NCBI GenBank assembly: GCA_028702835.1
Contig: JAQVOB010000001.1
Span: forward strand, 1 to 56,533
Source: Candidatus Methanomethylophilaceae archaeon
GTDB lineage: Archaea; Thermoplasmatota; Thermoplasmata; Methanomassiliicoccales; Methanomethylophilaceae
Direction: 5' to 3'
Length of the DNA stretch: 56,533 bases
The notes beneath the pieces were generated by a model. It searched no databases. It saw only the letters and a list, made by a program, of their open reading frames with translations, and was not told the DNA's origin. Shown in pieces: positions 8,385 to 17,418 of the stretch. The translations under genes were made by a program, and so were the position numbers. Position 1 is the stretch's first letter, and every line of letters begins with the position of its first letter.

Positions 8385-9781
8385 TCCTCTTGGACGGCAA
8401 GAACTATGCGGAATGGTATCTCGACATCGTAGAGAAGGCAGGGCTCTCCGACAAGCGCTATCCGATCAAGGGGATGAATGTCTGGACCCCGTACGGATGG
8501 AAGATAATGCGCTTCATAGACGGTTTCATCCGCGATGAGCTGGATGACACCGGGCACGACGAGGTCTGCTTCCCTCTTCTGATCCCCGAGACAGAGTTCA
8601 AGAAGGAGAAGGACCACATCAAAGGATTCGATTCCGAGGTATACTGGGTAACCAAAGCGGGAGATAACGAGCTTGACGTTCCCCTGGTCGTGAGGCCGAC
8701 CAGTGAGACAGCCATGTATCCAATGTTCTCCCTGTGGATAAGGTCCCATCAGGACCTTCCCCTGAAGATCTACCAGATAGTCAACACATTCCGTTACGAG
8801 ACGAAGCAGACCCGCCCCTTCATCAGGGTCAGGGAGATCCATTTCTTCGAGTCTCACACTTGCCACGATACCGAGGAGGATGCCCAGAAGCAGATCGATG
8901 AGGACCTGTCGATCCTGGAGAAGGTCATGGACAGGCTCTGCCTTCCGTACTTCCTGCTGAAACGTACTGATTGGGACAAGTTCCCGGGCGCACATTACAC
9001 AGTGGGCATCGATACTGTCATGCCCAACTACAGGACGCTGCAGTTGGGATCGGTTCACCATTACAGGACGAATTTCTCCGTTCCGTACGACATAACGTAT
9101 GAGGACGAGAGCGGGGAGCACAAGCACGTGCATCAGACCACCTACGGTATGAGCGAGCGTCTTCTGGGAGCTGTCGTAAGCGTGCACGGCGATGACAAGG
9201 GATTGGTAATGCCTCCCGACATCGCGCCCTACCAGGTCGTCATAATACCCATAATCTCCAAGAAGAATGCCGAAGAGGTCAAACTGGAGGCTGAGAAGAT
9301 CGCCATGATCCTCAGGGAATCGGGTGTACGCACACATCTGGACAACAGGGACGACAGGCCCGGCAGCAAGTTCTATGATTGGGAGATAAAGGGCGTGCCA
9401 TTGAGACTGGAGCTCGGCGCCAGGGACATGGAGAACGAGGTCATAACCTTCGCAAGAAGGGACAACGGCGAGAAGGGCACAATATCCTCCGATTCCCTGG
9501 TCTCCGGCGTCAGGCTGATACTGGCAGAGATCAAGAAGGACATGAGATCGAAGGCGGAGGCCTTCCAGGCATCCTCTGTCATGTCAGTAGAATCCCTGGA
9601 CAACATTCCTGAGAGGGTCGTCACCTTCCCGTGGTGCGGTTCCATGGAGTGCGGCGGGAAAGTCGAGGAGAAGGACATCAAGATCCTGGGCACACCGTAT
9701 CCTGCGGAGAAGCATGACGGCAAGTGCCTGGTGTGCGGTAAGAGATCGGAGCTACTGGCCTATGCGGCCCGCTCCATGTGA
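8381..9781 (+). CDS. proS: Prolyl-tRNA synthetase (archaeal/eukaryal type)
   Basis: Class II motifs (VVRPTSET, FRYE, REIHFFESH) and a C-terminal zinc-binding domain (CGSMECG...CLVCG). The GTG start overlaps the prs stop (GTGA). Confidence 0.9.
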   Translation: MILLDGKNYAEWYLDIVEKAGLSDKRYPIKGMNVWTPYGWKIMRFIDGFIRDELDDTGHDEVCFPLLIPETEFKKEKDHIKGFDSEVYWVTKAGDNELDVPLVVRPTSETAMYPMFSLWIRSHQDLPLKIYQIVNTFRYETKQTRPFIRVREIHFFESHTCHDTEEDAQKQIDEDLSILEKVMDRLCLPYFLLKRTDWDKFPGAHYTVGIDTVMPNYRTLQLGSVHHYRTNFSVPYDITYEDESGEHKHVHQTTYGMSERLLGAVVSVHGDDKGLVMPPDIAPYQVVIIPIISKKNAEEVKLEAEKIAMILRESGVRTHLDNRDDRPGSKFYDWEIKGVPLRLELGARDMENEVITFARRDNGEKGTISSDSLVSGVRLILAEIKKDMRSKAEAFQASSVMSVESLDNIPERVVTFPWCGSMECGGKVEEKDIKILGTPYPAEKHDGKCLVCGKRSELLAYAARSM

Positions 9782-10584
9782 CCGTTGAGAAGGGACTTGG
9801 CGCGCTCGTAGGTCAGGTCAGCCACCTCTGTGCTGACCCATCCGTCCTCCAGCTCCATTACTTCCAGTTCGTACTTTTCGGCGAACTCTTCGACGCACCT
9901 CTGGAAGTTCCTCTGATCTCCCAGTCCCGTCTGGATCTTCATTACGTACTTGTAATCGGCCATTTCCAGGACCATCTTGAACATCTCCCGGTCCCCCTTC
10001 TCGACGCCCCTGAACAGCTCCATGCTGTCCATGAACTCCTCGAAGCTGCAGGCCATCCCAGGTGTGAAGTACATGATCCCGGGGTATTTCTTCAATAATC
10101 TAAGGTAATTGTCTGTACCGCCCATGGGCACGCAGATGCAGTCGTCGCAAACCTTCCCGAATCTGTCCTTGCAGATCGTCATGGGAACGGCAAGGTTGGA
10201 AGAGGACCATTCTTCTATTCCTTTCAGCCCGTTGCCGCACAGTCCGTAATAGAGGGCTATAGCGTCCACATGCTCCTGGAAATCAGACATGAGCTCCCTT
10301 ATCCTTATCTTCAGATTCTCCGGCTCCTCGTGGAGACCCAGGTCCATCATCCATATCACGATCCTGTACCCGTCGCCGGGTATATCCGCTTCCCCGCTGA
10401 GGAAATCCTTCTCGCTCAACAGCGTATAGGGGACGCCGTTCTCTTCCAGCTTCGGGATTATCATCTTGTTGTGATCGTTATCCAGCAAGAAGATCCTCTT
10501 CTTCTCCCTGTCGCTACTGAGGCTGTATACCAACTCATCCTCCAGAATAGGGCATGCCATTATCCCCAATATGCCGGACGTCAT
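9760..10584 (-). CDS. DUF1638-domain protein (tentative)
   Basis: N-terminal MACPILEDEL and the central YYGLCGNG..CDDCICVPMGG pattern match my recollection of DUF1638. Its 3' end overlaps the proS 3' end by 22 nt. Confidence 0.5.
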   Translation of the reverse strand: MTSGILGIMACPILEDELVYSLSSDREKKRIFLLDNDHNKMIIPKLEENGVPYTLLSEKDFLSGEADIPGDGYRIVIWMMDLGLHEEPENLKIRIRELMSDFQEHVDAIALYYGLCGNGLKGIEEWSSSNLAVPMTICKDRFGKVCDDCICVPMGGTDNYLRLLKKYPGIMYFTPGMACSFEEFMDSMELFRGVEKGDREMFKMVLEMADYKYVMKIQTGLGDQRNFQRCVEEFAEKYELEVMELEDGWVSTEVADLTYERAKSLLNGHMERAA

Positions 10585-10643
10585 GAAATCTGGAAGGGTC
10601 TTAGGGTTATAAGTTCCCTTTGAGCATACGAAATGATTAACCG

Positions 10644-11423
10644 ATGCTCCGCGATAGACGTCCCATGCCCTTCGAAGAGAATGAGCTAGTCTTCATGGAA
10701 GACTCTTACGGGAAGAAGCACTGGCTCAAAGTCGCCTACAAGATGCTGAAGATACACTCCCTGGGCACCGTTGACGGTGAGAGGTTCAGAGATCTGGACG
10801 ATGGTTCCAGGATGACGGTGGCCGGCAAGGAGTTCACAGTATTCAGACCGACCACGGTCGATATGATGACCTCTCTTGAGAGGGGGGCGCAGATAATAAC
10901 CCCGAAGGATGCGGAAGTGATACTCTTCCGTTGCGACATAAGGGCAGGCAGCACGGTCTTGGAAGTGGGCGCCGGGTCCGGAGCGTTGACCATGGCCCTT
11001 CTGAGGGCGGTCTCCCCTAACGGGAGGGTCCTCACCCTGGAGCTCAGAGAGGACAATGCCCAGCTGGCCGGCAGGAATGTCAGGCGCATGGGCTTCGAGA
11101 ACTGGGATTGCATAGTGTGCGATGCCAGGGAGGCCGATCCGGATATTACGGCCGATGCCCTGGTAATGGACATGCCGGACCCGGAGAACGCCTTCAGCAA
11201 CCTGCTGCCGAAGGTCAGGCCCGGCGGCATGGTATGCGTTTACATCCCCAACGCGAATCAGCTTCAGAATGCGGTCAATGCTATGAGGGAAGCGGGTCTC
11301 AGGGATGTTCTCGCATGTGAGACCATACAGAGAGAAATGGTGGTACACCCCGGCGGCGTGAGGCCCTCATTCGACATGCTGGGTCACACAGGATATCTGG
11401 CCTTCGGAAGGCGCACAGCCTGA
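10644..11423 (+). CDS. trmI: tRNA (adenine-N1)-methyltransferase, TrmI/Gcd14 family
   Basis: AQIITPKDAEVI, SAM motif VLEVGAGSGALT and DALVMDMPDP, typical of m1A58 methyltransferases. Confidence 0.8.
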   Translation: MLRDRRPMPFEENELVFMEDSYGKKHWLKVAYKMLKIHSLGTVDGERFRDLDDGSRMTVAGKEFTVFRPTTVDMMTSLERGAQIITPKDAEVILFRCDIRAGSTVLEVGAGSGALTMALLRAVSPNGRVLTLELREDNAQLAGRNVRRMGFENWDCIVCDAREADPDITADALVMDMPDPENAFSNLLPKVRPGGMVCVYIPNANQLQNAVNAMREAGLRDVLACETIQREMVVHPGGVRPSFDMLGHTGYLAFGRRTA

Positions 11424-11468
11424 GTAAGCTAAGAATCCTTTTAATTAGTGAACTCTCATATACGCACA

Positions 11469-11708
11469 ATGGCCGTAATCGAGATAAGAATAGAGCTCAA
11501 GAAAGGCGTGGCCGACCCCGAAGGAAGCAACACGAAGAAGACACTGGAGTCTCTCGGGTTCAAAGGCGTCGGTTCCGTCAAGTGCGTGAAAGTCTTCGAA
11601 GTGGAACTGGACATGGGCAAGTCCGAGGCTGTGAAGGCCGGTGAGGAGATGTGCCGCGTTCTTCTGGCAAACCCAGTCATCCAGAGCTACAGCGTCACCG
11701 CGAGATGA
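11469..11708 (+). CDS. purS: FGAM synthase subunit PurS
   Basis: About 80 aa with KKGVADPEG..T...L..LGF. Immediately upstream of purL. Confidence 0.85.
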   Translation: MAVIEIRIELKKGVADPEGSNTKKTLESLGFKGVGSVKCVKVFEVELDMGKSEAVKAGEEMCRVLLANPVIQSYSVTAR

Positions 11709-11712
11709 TCTG

Positions 11713-14037
11713 ATGGCGAAGAAGGCATTGTCCGTCAAGAGGGACGTACCTTTCCCTCTCCACGACGTGAACATACTCTCGGCTTCTGATGAAGAGCTCA
11801 AGAGCATATCGTCGGAGATGGGACTGAGCCTGTCTCTGGACGAGATGAAGGTCATAGTAGATTACTTCAAGAAAGAGGGCAGGAACCCGACGGACGTGGA
11901 GCTGGAGTCCCTCGGACAGGCCTGGAGCGAGCACTGCTGCTACAAGAGCTCCAAGAACATACTCAAGAAATTCGTATTCTCGGTTAAGCACCCCAATGTT
12001 CTGTCGAGAGGGGACGCAGGAGTCATGGTCTTCGATGAGGATCACGGATACGCACTCAGGATAGAGAGTCACAATCATCCTTCGGCGATAGAGCCGTACG
12101 GAGGAGCGGCCACAGGGATAGGCGGCATACTCAGGGACATCGTGTGCATGGGGGCGCAGCCGGTAGGGCTCGGGGACCCCCTGTGCTTCGGTCCGATCGA
12201 CAGGAAAGGGGAGCTCCCGCCGGGCACAAAGCACCCCAGGTACCTGCTCAGCGGCGTAGTATCCGGGATAAGGGATTACGGCAACAGGGTCGGAGTGCCG
12301 ACCATCACAGGCGGTTTCTTCTTCGATGAGAGGTACACGACGAACTGTCTAGTGAACGTGGGGGCTTTGGGAATAGTCAGAAAGGACGAGCTGACCAACA
12401 ACTTCGCGGGAGGGCCGGGGGAGACAATGATTCTGATCGGCGGCAGAACCGGGAGGGACGGCATACACGGCGTGACCTTCGCATCCGCGGATCTCACCTC
12501 CACTTCCGATGAGGATTCCAGGGGGGCCGTACAGCTGGGCGACCCCATAACAAAGGAGCCGATAATACACGCATGCCTGGAGGTCAACCGCCTCGGTCTC
12601 ATAACCGGGATGAAGGACTTGGGTGGAGGAGGTCTCAGCTGTGTCGTCGGCGAGATGGCCCTTTCCGCCGGGGAATGCGGAGCAGATGTCCATCTGGAAA
12701 AGGTGCCCCTCAAAGAGGAGGGTCTGGCACCTTGGGAGATATGGGTCTCGGAGTCCCAGGAGCGCATGATGGTCACCTGCAAGCCCGAGAATACCGACAA
12801 GATACTGGAGATATTCGAGCTCTGGGACGTTCTGGCTACACCGGTGGCGGTCACCACGGATGTCCCCAGGACGAAGGTTTATTGGCATGGGACCAAGGTC
12901 CTGGACATGGACACGGAGTTCCTTACCGGAGGACCTGCATACGACAGGCCCTACGTCAGCCCGAAGATCTCGGGCAAGGAGAACGAGGTGTTCCCCAAGA
13001 TACCCTCCGCAGGAGAGGCGATATTGGATCTCCTTTCGGATCTTAATGTGGCTTCAAGGGAATGGGCCATAAGACAGTATGATTTCGAGGTCAGGGGGTC
13101 AACCGCCCTGGGGCCGATGGTCGGTAAGATGAACGCTGCCGGGCCCGGCGACGCATCCATAATAATGCCTGTGCCGGGAAGCTTCAGGGGATTGGCCGCC
13201 GTCATAGGCTGCAACCCGTGGTTCACGGAGGCGGACCCATACAACGGTGCCATGTCCTCGGTCGAGGAAGCGCTCAGAGGTCTTGTCGCCGTAGGCGCGA
13301 GGCCCGATGCCATAACCAACTGCCTTAACTTCGGAAACCCCGAGAAACCGGACAGGCTCGGCGTGTTCAGGGAGGCCGTGCGCGGCCTTGGCGACATATG
13401 CAGAGCATTGGAGATACCCATACCTTCAGGCAACGTCAGTCTGTACAATGAAGGGTCGGAAGGCGGCGGAGTGCTGCCGACCCCGATGATCATGGCTACC
13501 GGGATAATCGAGGATGCCAGGAAAGCCGTCAGCGCAGATTTCAAGGATCCAGGTAACAGGATCTATATGGTAGGAAGCACGAAGGACGAGATGGGAGGGT
13601 CCCTTCTGTTCCGCAAGTACGGAGGCAGCGGAGGTTCCGTTCCGAAATCCGATCCTGTAGTGTTCAAGAGGATATCAGAGAAGCTGCTGTCTGCGATCGA
13701 CAGGCGCCTGGTAAGGAGCTGTCATGACTGCTCGGACGGAGGAGCCGCAGTCGCAATAGCGGAGATGTGCCTCTCCGGAAGGGTAGGAGCGGAGATAGAT
13801 GTTCCGAGTGACGTAAAAGAGAGCATCTGGCTCTATTCTGAGAGCAACACCCGCTGGATAGTCGAGATCAAGGAGAGCGCCGCTGCGGAGTTCGAGAGGA
13901 TAATGGGCGAAGATGCGAAGATGATAGGCAGGACGGGTGGGGATTCGCTCGCAATAGCGGGAGCGAGGATACCTGTATTCAGCCTATACGAGTCATGGAG
14001 CAAGCCTTTGTGGAATGTGATGGGAGGTGCAGCATGA
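11713..14037 (+). CDS. purL: FGAM synthase II
   Basis: SEHCCYKSS, ESHNHPSAIEPYGGAATGIGG and duplicated AIR-synthase-like domains. The ATG at 11713 follows the purS stop by 4 nt. Confidence 0.92.
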   Translation: MAKKALSVKRDVPFPLHDVNILSASDEELKSISSEMGLSLSLDEMKVIVDYFKKEGRNPTDVELESLGQAWSEHCCYKSSKNILKKFVFSVKHPNVLSRGDAGVMVFDEDHGYALRIESHNHPSAIEPYGGAATGIGGILRDIVCMGAQPVGLGDPLCFGPIDRKGELPPGTKHPRYLLSGVVSGIRDYGNRVGVPTITGGFFFDERYTTNCLVNVGALGIVRKDELTNNFAGGPGETMILIGGRTGRDGIHGVTFASADLTSTSDEDSRGAVQLGDPITKEPIIHACLEVNRLGLITGMKDLGGGGLSCVVGEMALSAGECGADVHLEKVPLKEEGLAPWEIWVSESQERMMVTCKPENTDKILEIFELWDVLATPVAVTTDVPRTKVYWHGTKVLDMDTEFLTGGPAYDRPYVSPKISGKENEVFPKIPSAGEAILDLLSDLNVASREWAIRQYDFEVRGSTALGPMVGKMNAAGPGDASIIMPVPGSFRGLAAVIGCNPWFTEADPYNGAMSSVEEALRGLVAVGARPDAITNCLNFGNPEKPDRLGVFREAVRGLGDICRALEIPIPSGNVSLYNEGSEGGGVLPTPMIMATGIIEDARKAVSADFKDPGNRIYMVGSTKDEMGGSLLFRKYGGSGGSVPKSDPVVFKRISEKLLSAIDRRLVRSCHDCSDGGAAVAIAEMCLSGRVGAEIDVPSDVKESIWLYSESNTRWIVEIKESAAAEFERIMGEDAKMIGRTGGDSLAIAGARIPVFSLYESWSKPLWNVMGGAA

Positions 14038-14849
14038 AAGCTGAGGATGTTAAGGTATGCGTCATTCGTATAGAGGGGACCAACTGCGAAGATGAGATGT
14101 ATCAAGCCTTCAAAATGGTCGGTGCGTCCCCGGAGCTGGTGCACCTTAAGCAGCTGGCGGGCAAAGCCTCCGACTATGCGAAACGCAGCCTTGAGGATTA
14201 TGATATCCTGGCCTTCCCCGGGGGATTCTCCGCGGGAGATTACGTGCGGGCAGGTGCGATATTCGCCGCCAGGATAAAGAGCGACATAGGGACAGAGCTG
14301 AAGAGGTTCGTGGAATCTGAGAAGCCGGTTCTCGGAGTATGCAACGGATTCCAGACCCTTGTGGAGCTGGGTCTTCTGCCCGCGTTCGAGGGCGTGATGT
14401 CCGAGACGCCTACCGCGGCTCTCAGCACCAACGATTCTGGCAGATTCGAATGCCGCCCGACATATCTTAGGAATGATAACAGGGGGAAGTGCATATTCAC
14501 TTCCGAGATGAAGAAAGGTCAGATCGTGATGTTCCCTCTGGCACATGCGGAGGGCAAGCTACTCAGCGAGGATCCGCGCTTCGTAGAGAAGCTGGAGGAG
14601 AACGATCAGGTGGCATTCAGGTACGTAGGTCCCGGAGGCGTGAAAGCGGTGTATCCGTGGAATCCAAACGGCTCCCCATCAGATATAGCCGGCATATGCA
14701 ATCCCGCAGGGAACGTCCTGGGTATGATGCCCCATCCGGAAAGGGTGCTGACAAGGTACACCCATCAGGACTGGACCAGGAACGGCCAGCCTGAGGAAGG
14801 GGACGGAATGATGGTATTCCGCTCCGTGATGAAGAAGCTGACTAAGTGA
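14034..14849 (+). CDS. purQ: FGAM synthase I (glutaminase subunit)
   Basis: Class-I amidotransferase: GGFSAGDY, catalytic GVCNGFQ, MMPHPER. ATGA overlap with purL. Confidence 0.9.
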   Translation: MKAEDVKVCVIRIEGTNCEDEMYQAFKMVGASPELVHLKQLAGKASDYAKRSLEDYDILAFPGGFSAGDYVRAGAIFAARIKSDIGTELKRFVESEKPVLGVCNGFQTLVELGLLPAFEGVMSETPTAALSTNDSGRFECRPTYLRNDNRGKCIFTSEMKKGQIVMFPLAHAEGKLLSEDPRFVEKLEENDQVAFRYVGPGGVKAVYPWNPNGSPSDIAGICNPAGNVLGMMPHPERVLTRYTHQDWTRNGQPEEGDGMMVFRSVMKKLTK

Positions 14850-15506
14850 TCAGATCTCCACGCGGACGTCCACCCTGTCGCCGTCGTTGATGCTCAACGT
14901 ACGTCTCAGATGGTACTGGCACACTATCTCGATGATGTCCTTGTAGTGGGACCTCTCGGGGACGACGATGGCGCAGTCAACGTTCCTTATCTTCGCCTTG
15001 TAGGCGATGACGCCGCCGAAGCTGCGCCCATCCTTGTTGAACCCGTCTATCATATGGCCCGAAGTTCCCTTGATCAGGTCGAGCTTGCCGATGTCCTCCT
15101 TGTCCACATGCACATTAAGGGTGCCCTCATAGGGCTTAAAGCCGAGAACGTTGTTGAATTGCTCCATGTAATCATTCTGGCATATGTAGTATCCGCCTTC
15201 CCCCATGCCGCTCTTGACGGTGCCGTGCAGGACTATATGGTCGGAAAGCTCGAATATGCGGCGGTACTCGTTGTACTCTCTTTTCAATTCCTCGATCCCC
15301 TCCAGGGTGAGCTTTATCCTCTGCTTCCTGGCTCCCAGGTCCCTGGTTATGTATTTTCTTTCCAGTAGTTCCAAGATCCTTTTGGATGCGGACTGCTGGC
15401 TCATCTCCAATGCTTCGCCTAGCTCCCGAGAGGAGACGGCTATGTAGTCGTCTATCCCTCCCAGGAGAGCGATCTTCCTGAGGGCGAAAGTGTACTTCTC
15501 ATCCAT
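14850..15506 (-). CDS. ribK: wHTH-fused CTP-dependent riboflavin kinase (RbkR-type)
   Basis: An N-terminal winged-helix region (SSRELGEALEMSQQSASKRILELLERKYI) is fused to the archaeal riboflavin kinase domain (GTVKSGMGEGGYY..PYEGTLNV). 218 aa, against about 130 aa for stand-alone RibK. Confidence 0.8.
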   Translation of the reverse strand: MDEKYTFALRKIALLGGIDDYIAVSSRELGEALEMSQQSASKRILELLERKYITRDLGARKQRIKLTLEGIEELKREYNEYRRIFELSDHIVLHGTVKSGMGEGGYYICQNDYMEQFNNVLGFKPYEGTLNVHVDKEDIGKLDLIKGTSGHMIDGFNKDGRSFGGVIAYKAKIRNVDCAIVVPERSHYKDIIEIVCQYHLRRTLSINDGDRVDVRVEI

Positions 15507-15569
15507 CTGGGAACCACCTTTGTACAGATTGGTTAATGGGTAGATAAAAGTTTGAGTTTGTAAGAGGTT

Positions 15570-15938
15570 TCATATCCTGTCGGCCTGGATCCATCTGGCG
15601 GTACCGGAAGACGAGCTCAATGCGAGAACTCCGACAGCGAGCAATATGAGGACTGCACCCAGGTAGAGGTCCACAGTCCCATATATTGTGCCGAACGCCA
15701 GTACAGCTATGTTGAGGAAGGACATGAAGATCATGACGCTCCTCTTCATGCTGCCGTTGACGTTGAGCTCTCCGCTGACAGCGAAGAACAGAACGGCAGA
15801 CAGAAGGGGAAGCCCGATCTCCACCATTATATTGCTGCTGCCCGCATCGAAGGTCAGTGCGGTTCCGATTATGCAGATGATCCCGCCAAGGATGGCCAGG
15901 GTCTTTCCTGCCGATACCATAGTGGGTTTGTCTGTCAT
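15570..15938 (-). CDS. Hypothetical membrane protein (about 4 TM)
   Basis: Four hydrophobic segments in a clean ORF. No family recognised. Confidence 0.55.
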   Translation of the reverse strand: MTDKPTMVSAGKTLAILGGIICIIGTALTFDAGSSNIMVEIGLPLLSAVLFFAVSGELNVNGSMKRSVMIFMSFLNIAVLAFGTIYGTVDLYLGAVLILLAVGVLALSSSSGTARWIQADRI

Positions 15939-15986
15939 TAGAACACCTTTGGGTAGGATAGCTCTCCTTATTTATTAAAGTGGGTG

Positions 15987-16553
15987 TCATTCGAAGATGA
16001 ATTTCAGACCCTGGATTATCAGCCACGCTGAGAATCCGTAGGTAGCCGGTACCCAGAATTCCGAGGTCCCGTTGGTAATGAGCAATGCGAGAAGCGAGAA
16101 GACCAGCACAAGGGATACGCCCCCGACGAGGACCTTCTCCTCTATCCAGTCGTTTATGGTCATGAGCACCACACCCAGAAGTATGGAGATGACCATGACG
16201 TCCATCAGCATCCCGTGCATATCCCAACTGTTTACGAGGGCAGTGATGTTCATGGACATTAGCCCGGCGATCAGGAATAACACGCCGGCGGCGGAAAGGA
16301 CATCCCTCCTCCTTAGCCAAATGAGGTCGATGCCGAAGACGGCCACCAGAGTCCCGCTGATGGTGAGTCCTACGCTGAAGACCTTCTCGTATATCGTTTC
16401 GCAGTTCAGATAAGGTATGAAAGATTGCTGGTTGAGCACCCAGTCCGGTCCCGTGCTCCCGAAGAGCACGACCGCAGAGAGAATCATCCCCGCGGCAAGG
16501 GCCAAGAGCCCCGTCAGTTTATCTTTCCGTTCGGCCTGCACGTCGGCTGACAT
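15987..16553 (-). CDS. Hypothetical membrane protein (about 6 TM)
   Basis: Six hydrophobic segments. No family recognised. Lies upstream of, and co-oriented with, the 4-TM gene and ribK. Confidence 0.55.
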   Translation of the reverse strand: MSADVQAERKDKLTGLLALAAGMILSAVVLFGSTGPDWVLNQQSFIPYLNCETIYEKVFSVGLTISGTLVAVFGIDLIWLRRRDVLSAAGVLFLIAGLMSMNITALVNSWDMHGMLMDVMVISILLGVVLMTINDWIEEKVLVGGVSLVLVFSLLALLITNGTSEFWVPATYGFSAWLIIQGLKFIFE

Positions 16554-16645
16554 GAGATGTTAAACACCGTTGATTCCAATATATACTTAACTGATGCGGA
16601 GAAGCAGGTTTTTGTACATATGGAACATTGAAGAACCGAGCACAA

Positions 16646-17416
16646 ATGAAGATAATCTATTTCGTCGGCACGGCCGGAAGCGGCAAGAGCACCCTCGTCA
16701 GCACATACCGCTCATGGCTCCTGGAGAGGGGCATCGACGTTGCGGTCCTCAACTTGGATCCAGGGGCGGACGCACTGCCCTACGAGGCGGATGTGGACAT
16801 AAGGGAATGGGTGTCCATGAACGAGGTCATGGACGAGTACGCTCTGGGACCAAACGGAGCTCAGGTGGTCGCTGCCGATCTCATGGCGCTAAATGTGAGC
16901 AAGCTCACCGAGGCCGTTGAAGGGATGAGGAGCACGTTCCTGCTGGTGGATACCCCCGGGCAGCTGGAGCTGTTCGCCTTCAGGGAGTCCTCCAACGTGA
17001 TAATGGAAGCTCTAGGGAAAGAGAGGTCGATGACGGCTTACCTTCTGGATCCGATGCTTTGTAGAAGTCCCAATGGGTTCATCTCATCTCTTGTGCTATC
17101 ATCCCTGGTGCAGTTCAGGTTGGGCGTTCCTATGATCAACGTACTGACGAAAACGGATACCGTTGACCGGGAAACAGTTGAAAGAATGGTGCTCTGGCAC
17201 AGTGATGAGTATGCCTTGTACTCCGATCTGTCGGATGAGAGCGCAGACCCCAGCACTGTAGTGGGACAGGAGCTCTATAAAGCCGTAGAGGGCCTCGGTA
17301 TGTTCGGGGACGTCCTCGCAGCATCCTCGGAAACCGGCGAAGGCATGGAAGGGATATACGCCGCCGCAGGACAGACGTTCTTCGGCGGCGATGACCCCGA
17401 TGCGGATTCAGACTGA
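16646..17416 (+). CDS. GPN-loop GTPase
   Basis: P-loop FVGTAGSGKST, GPN motif ALGPNGA, DTPGQLELF, and NVLTKTD (NKxD-like). Confidence 0.85.
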   Translation: MKIIYFVGTAGSGKSTLVSTYRSWLLERGIDVAVLNLDPGADALPYEADVDIREWVSMNEVMDEYALGPNGAQVVAADLMALNVSKLTEAVEGMRSTFLLVDTPGQLELFAFRESSNVIMEALGKERSMTAYLLDPMLCRSPNGFISSLVLSSLVQFRLGVPMINVLTKTDTVDRETVERMVLWHSDEYALYSDLSDESADPSTVVGQELYKAVEGLGMFGDVLAASSETGEGMEGIYAAAGQTFFGGDDPDADSD

Positions 17417-17418
17417 GC

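Noticed and set aside
8267-9337. 356-aa ORF antisense to proS. Similar long antisense or alternative-frame ORFs occur at 6718-7437, 10686-11348, 24460-25263, 28335-28988, 32589-33299, 35749-36525, 42196-43128 and 44478-45464.
   Set aside because: Each lies entirely within a gene whose product has strong, recognisable family motifs on the other strand or frame. Their translations are low-complexity (R/G/P/H/L-rich) with no recognisable motifs. This is the expected by-product of mid-to-high GC coding sequence.
15499-16320. 273-aa minus-strand ORF spanning the two membrane-protein genes and the spacer between them.
   Set aside because: It lies in a different frame from two clean hydrophobic ORFs with sensible TM patterns. 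Its own translation is R/H/P/G-rich and runs across a TATA-containing intergenic spacer.
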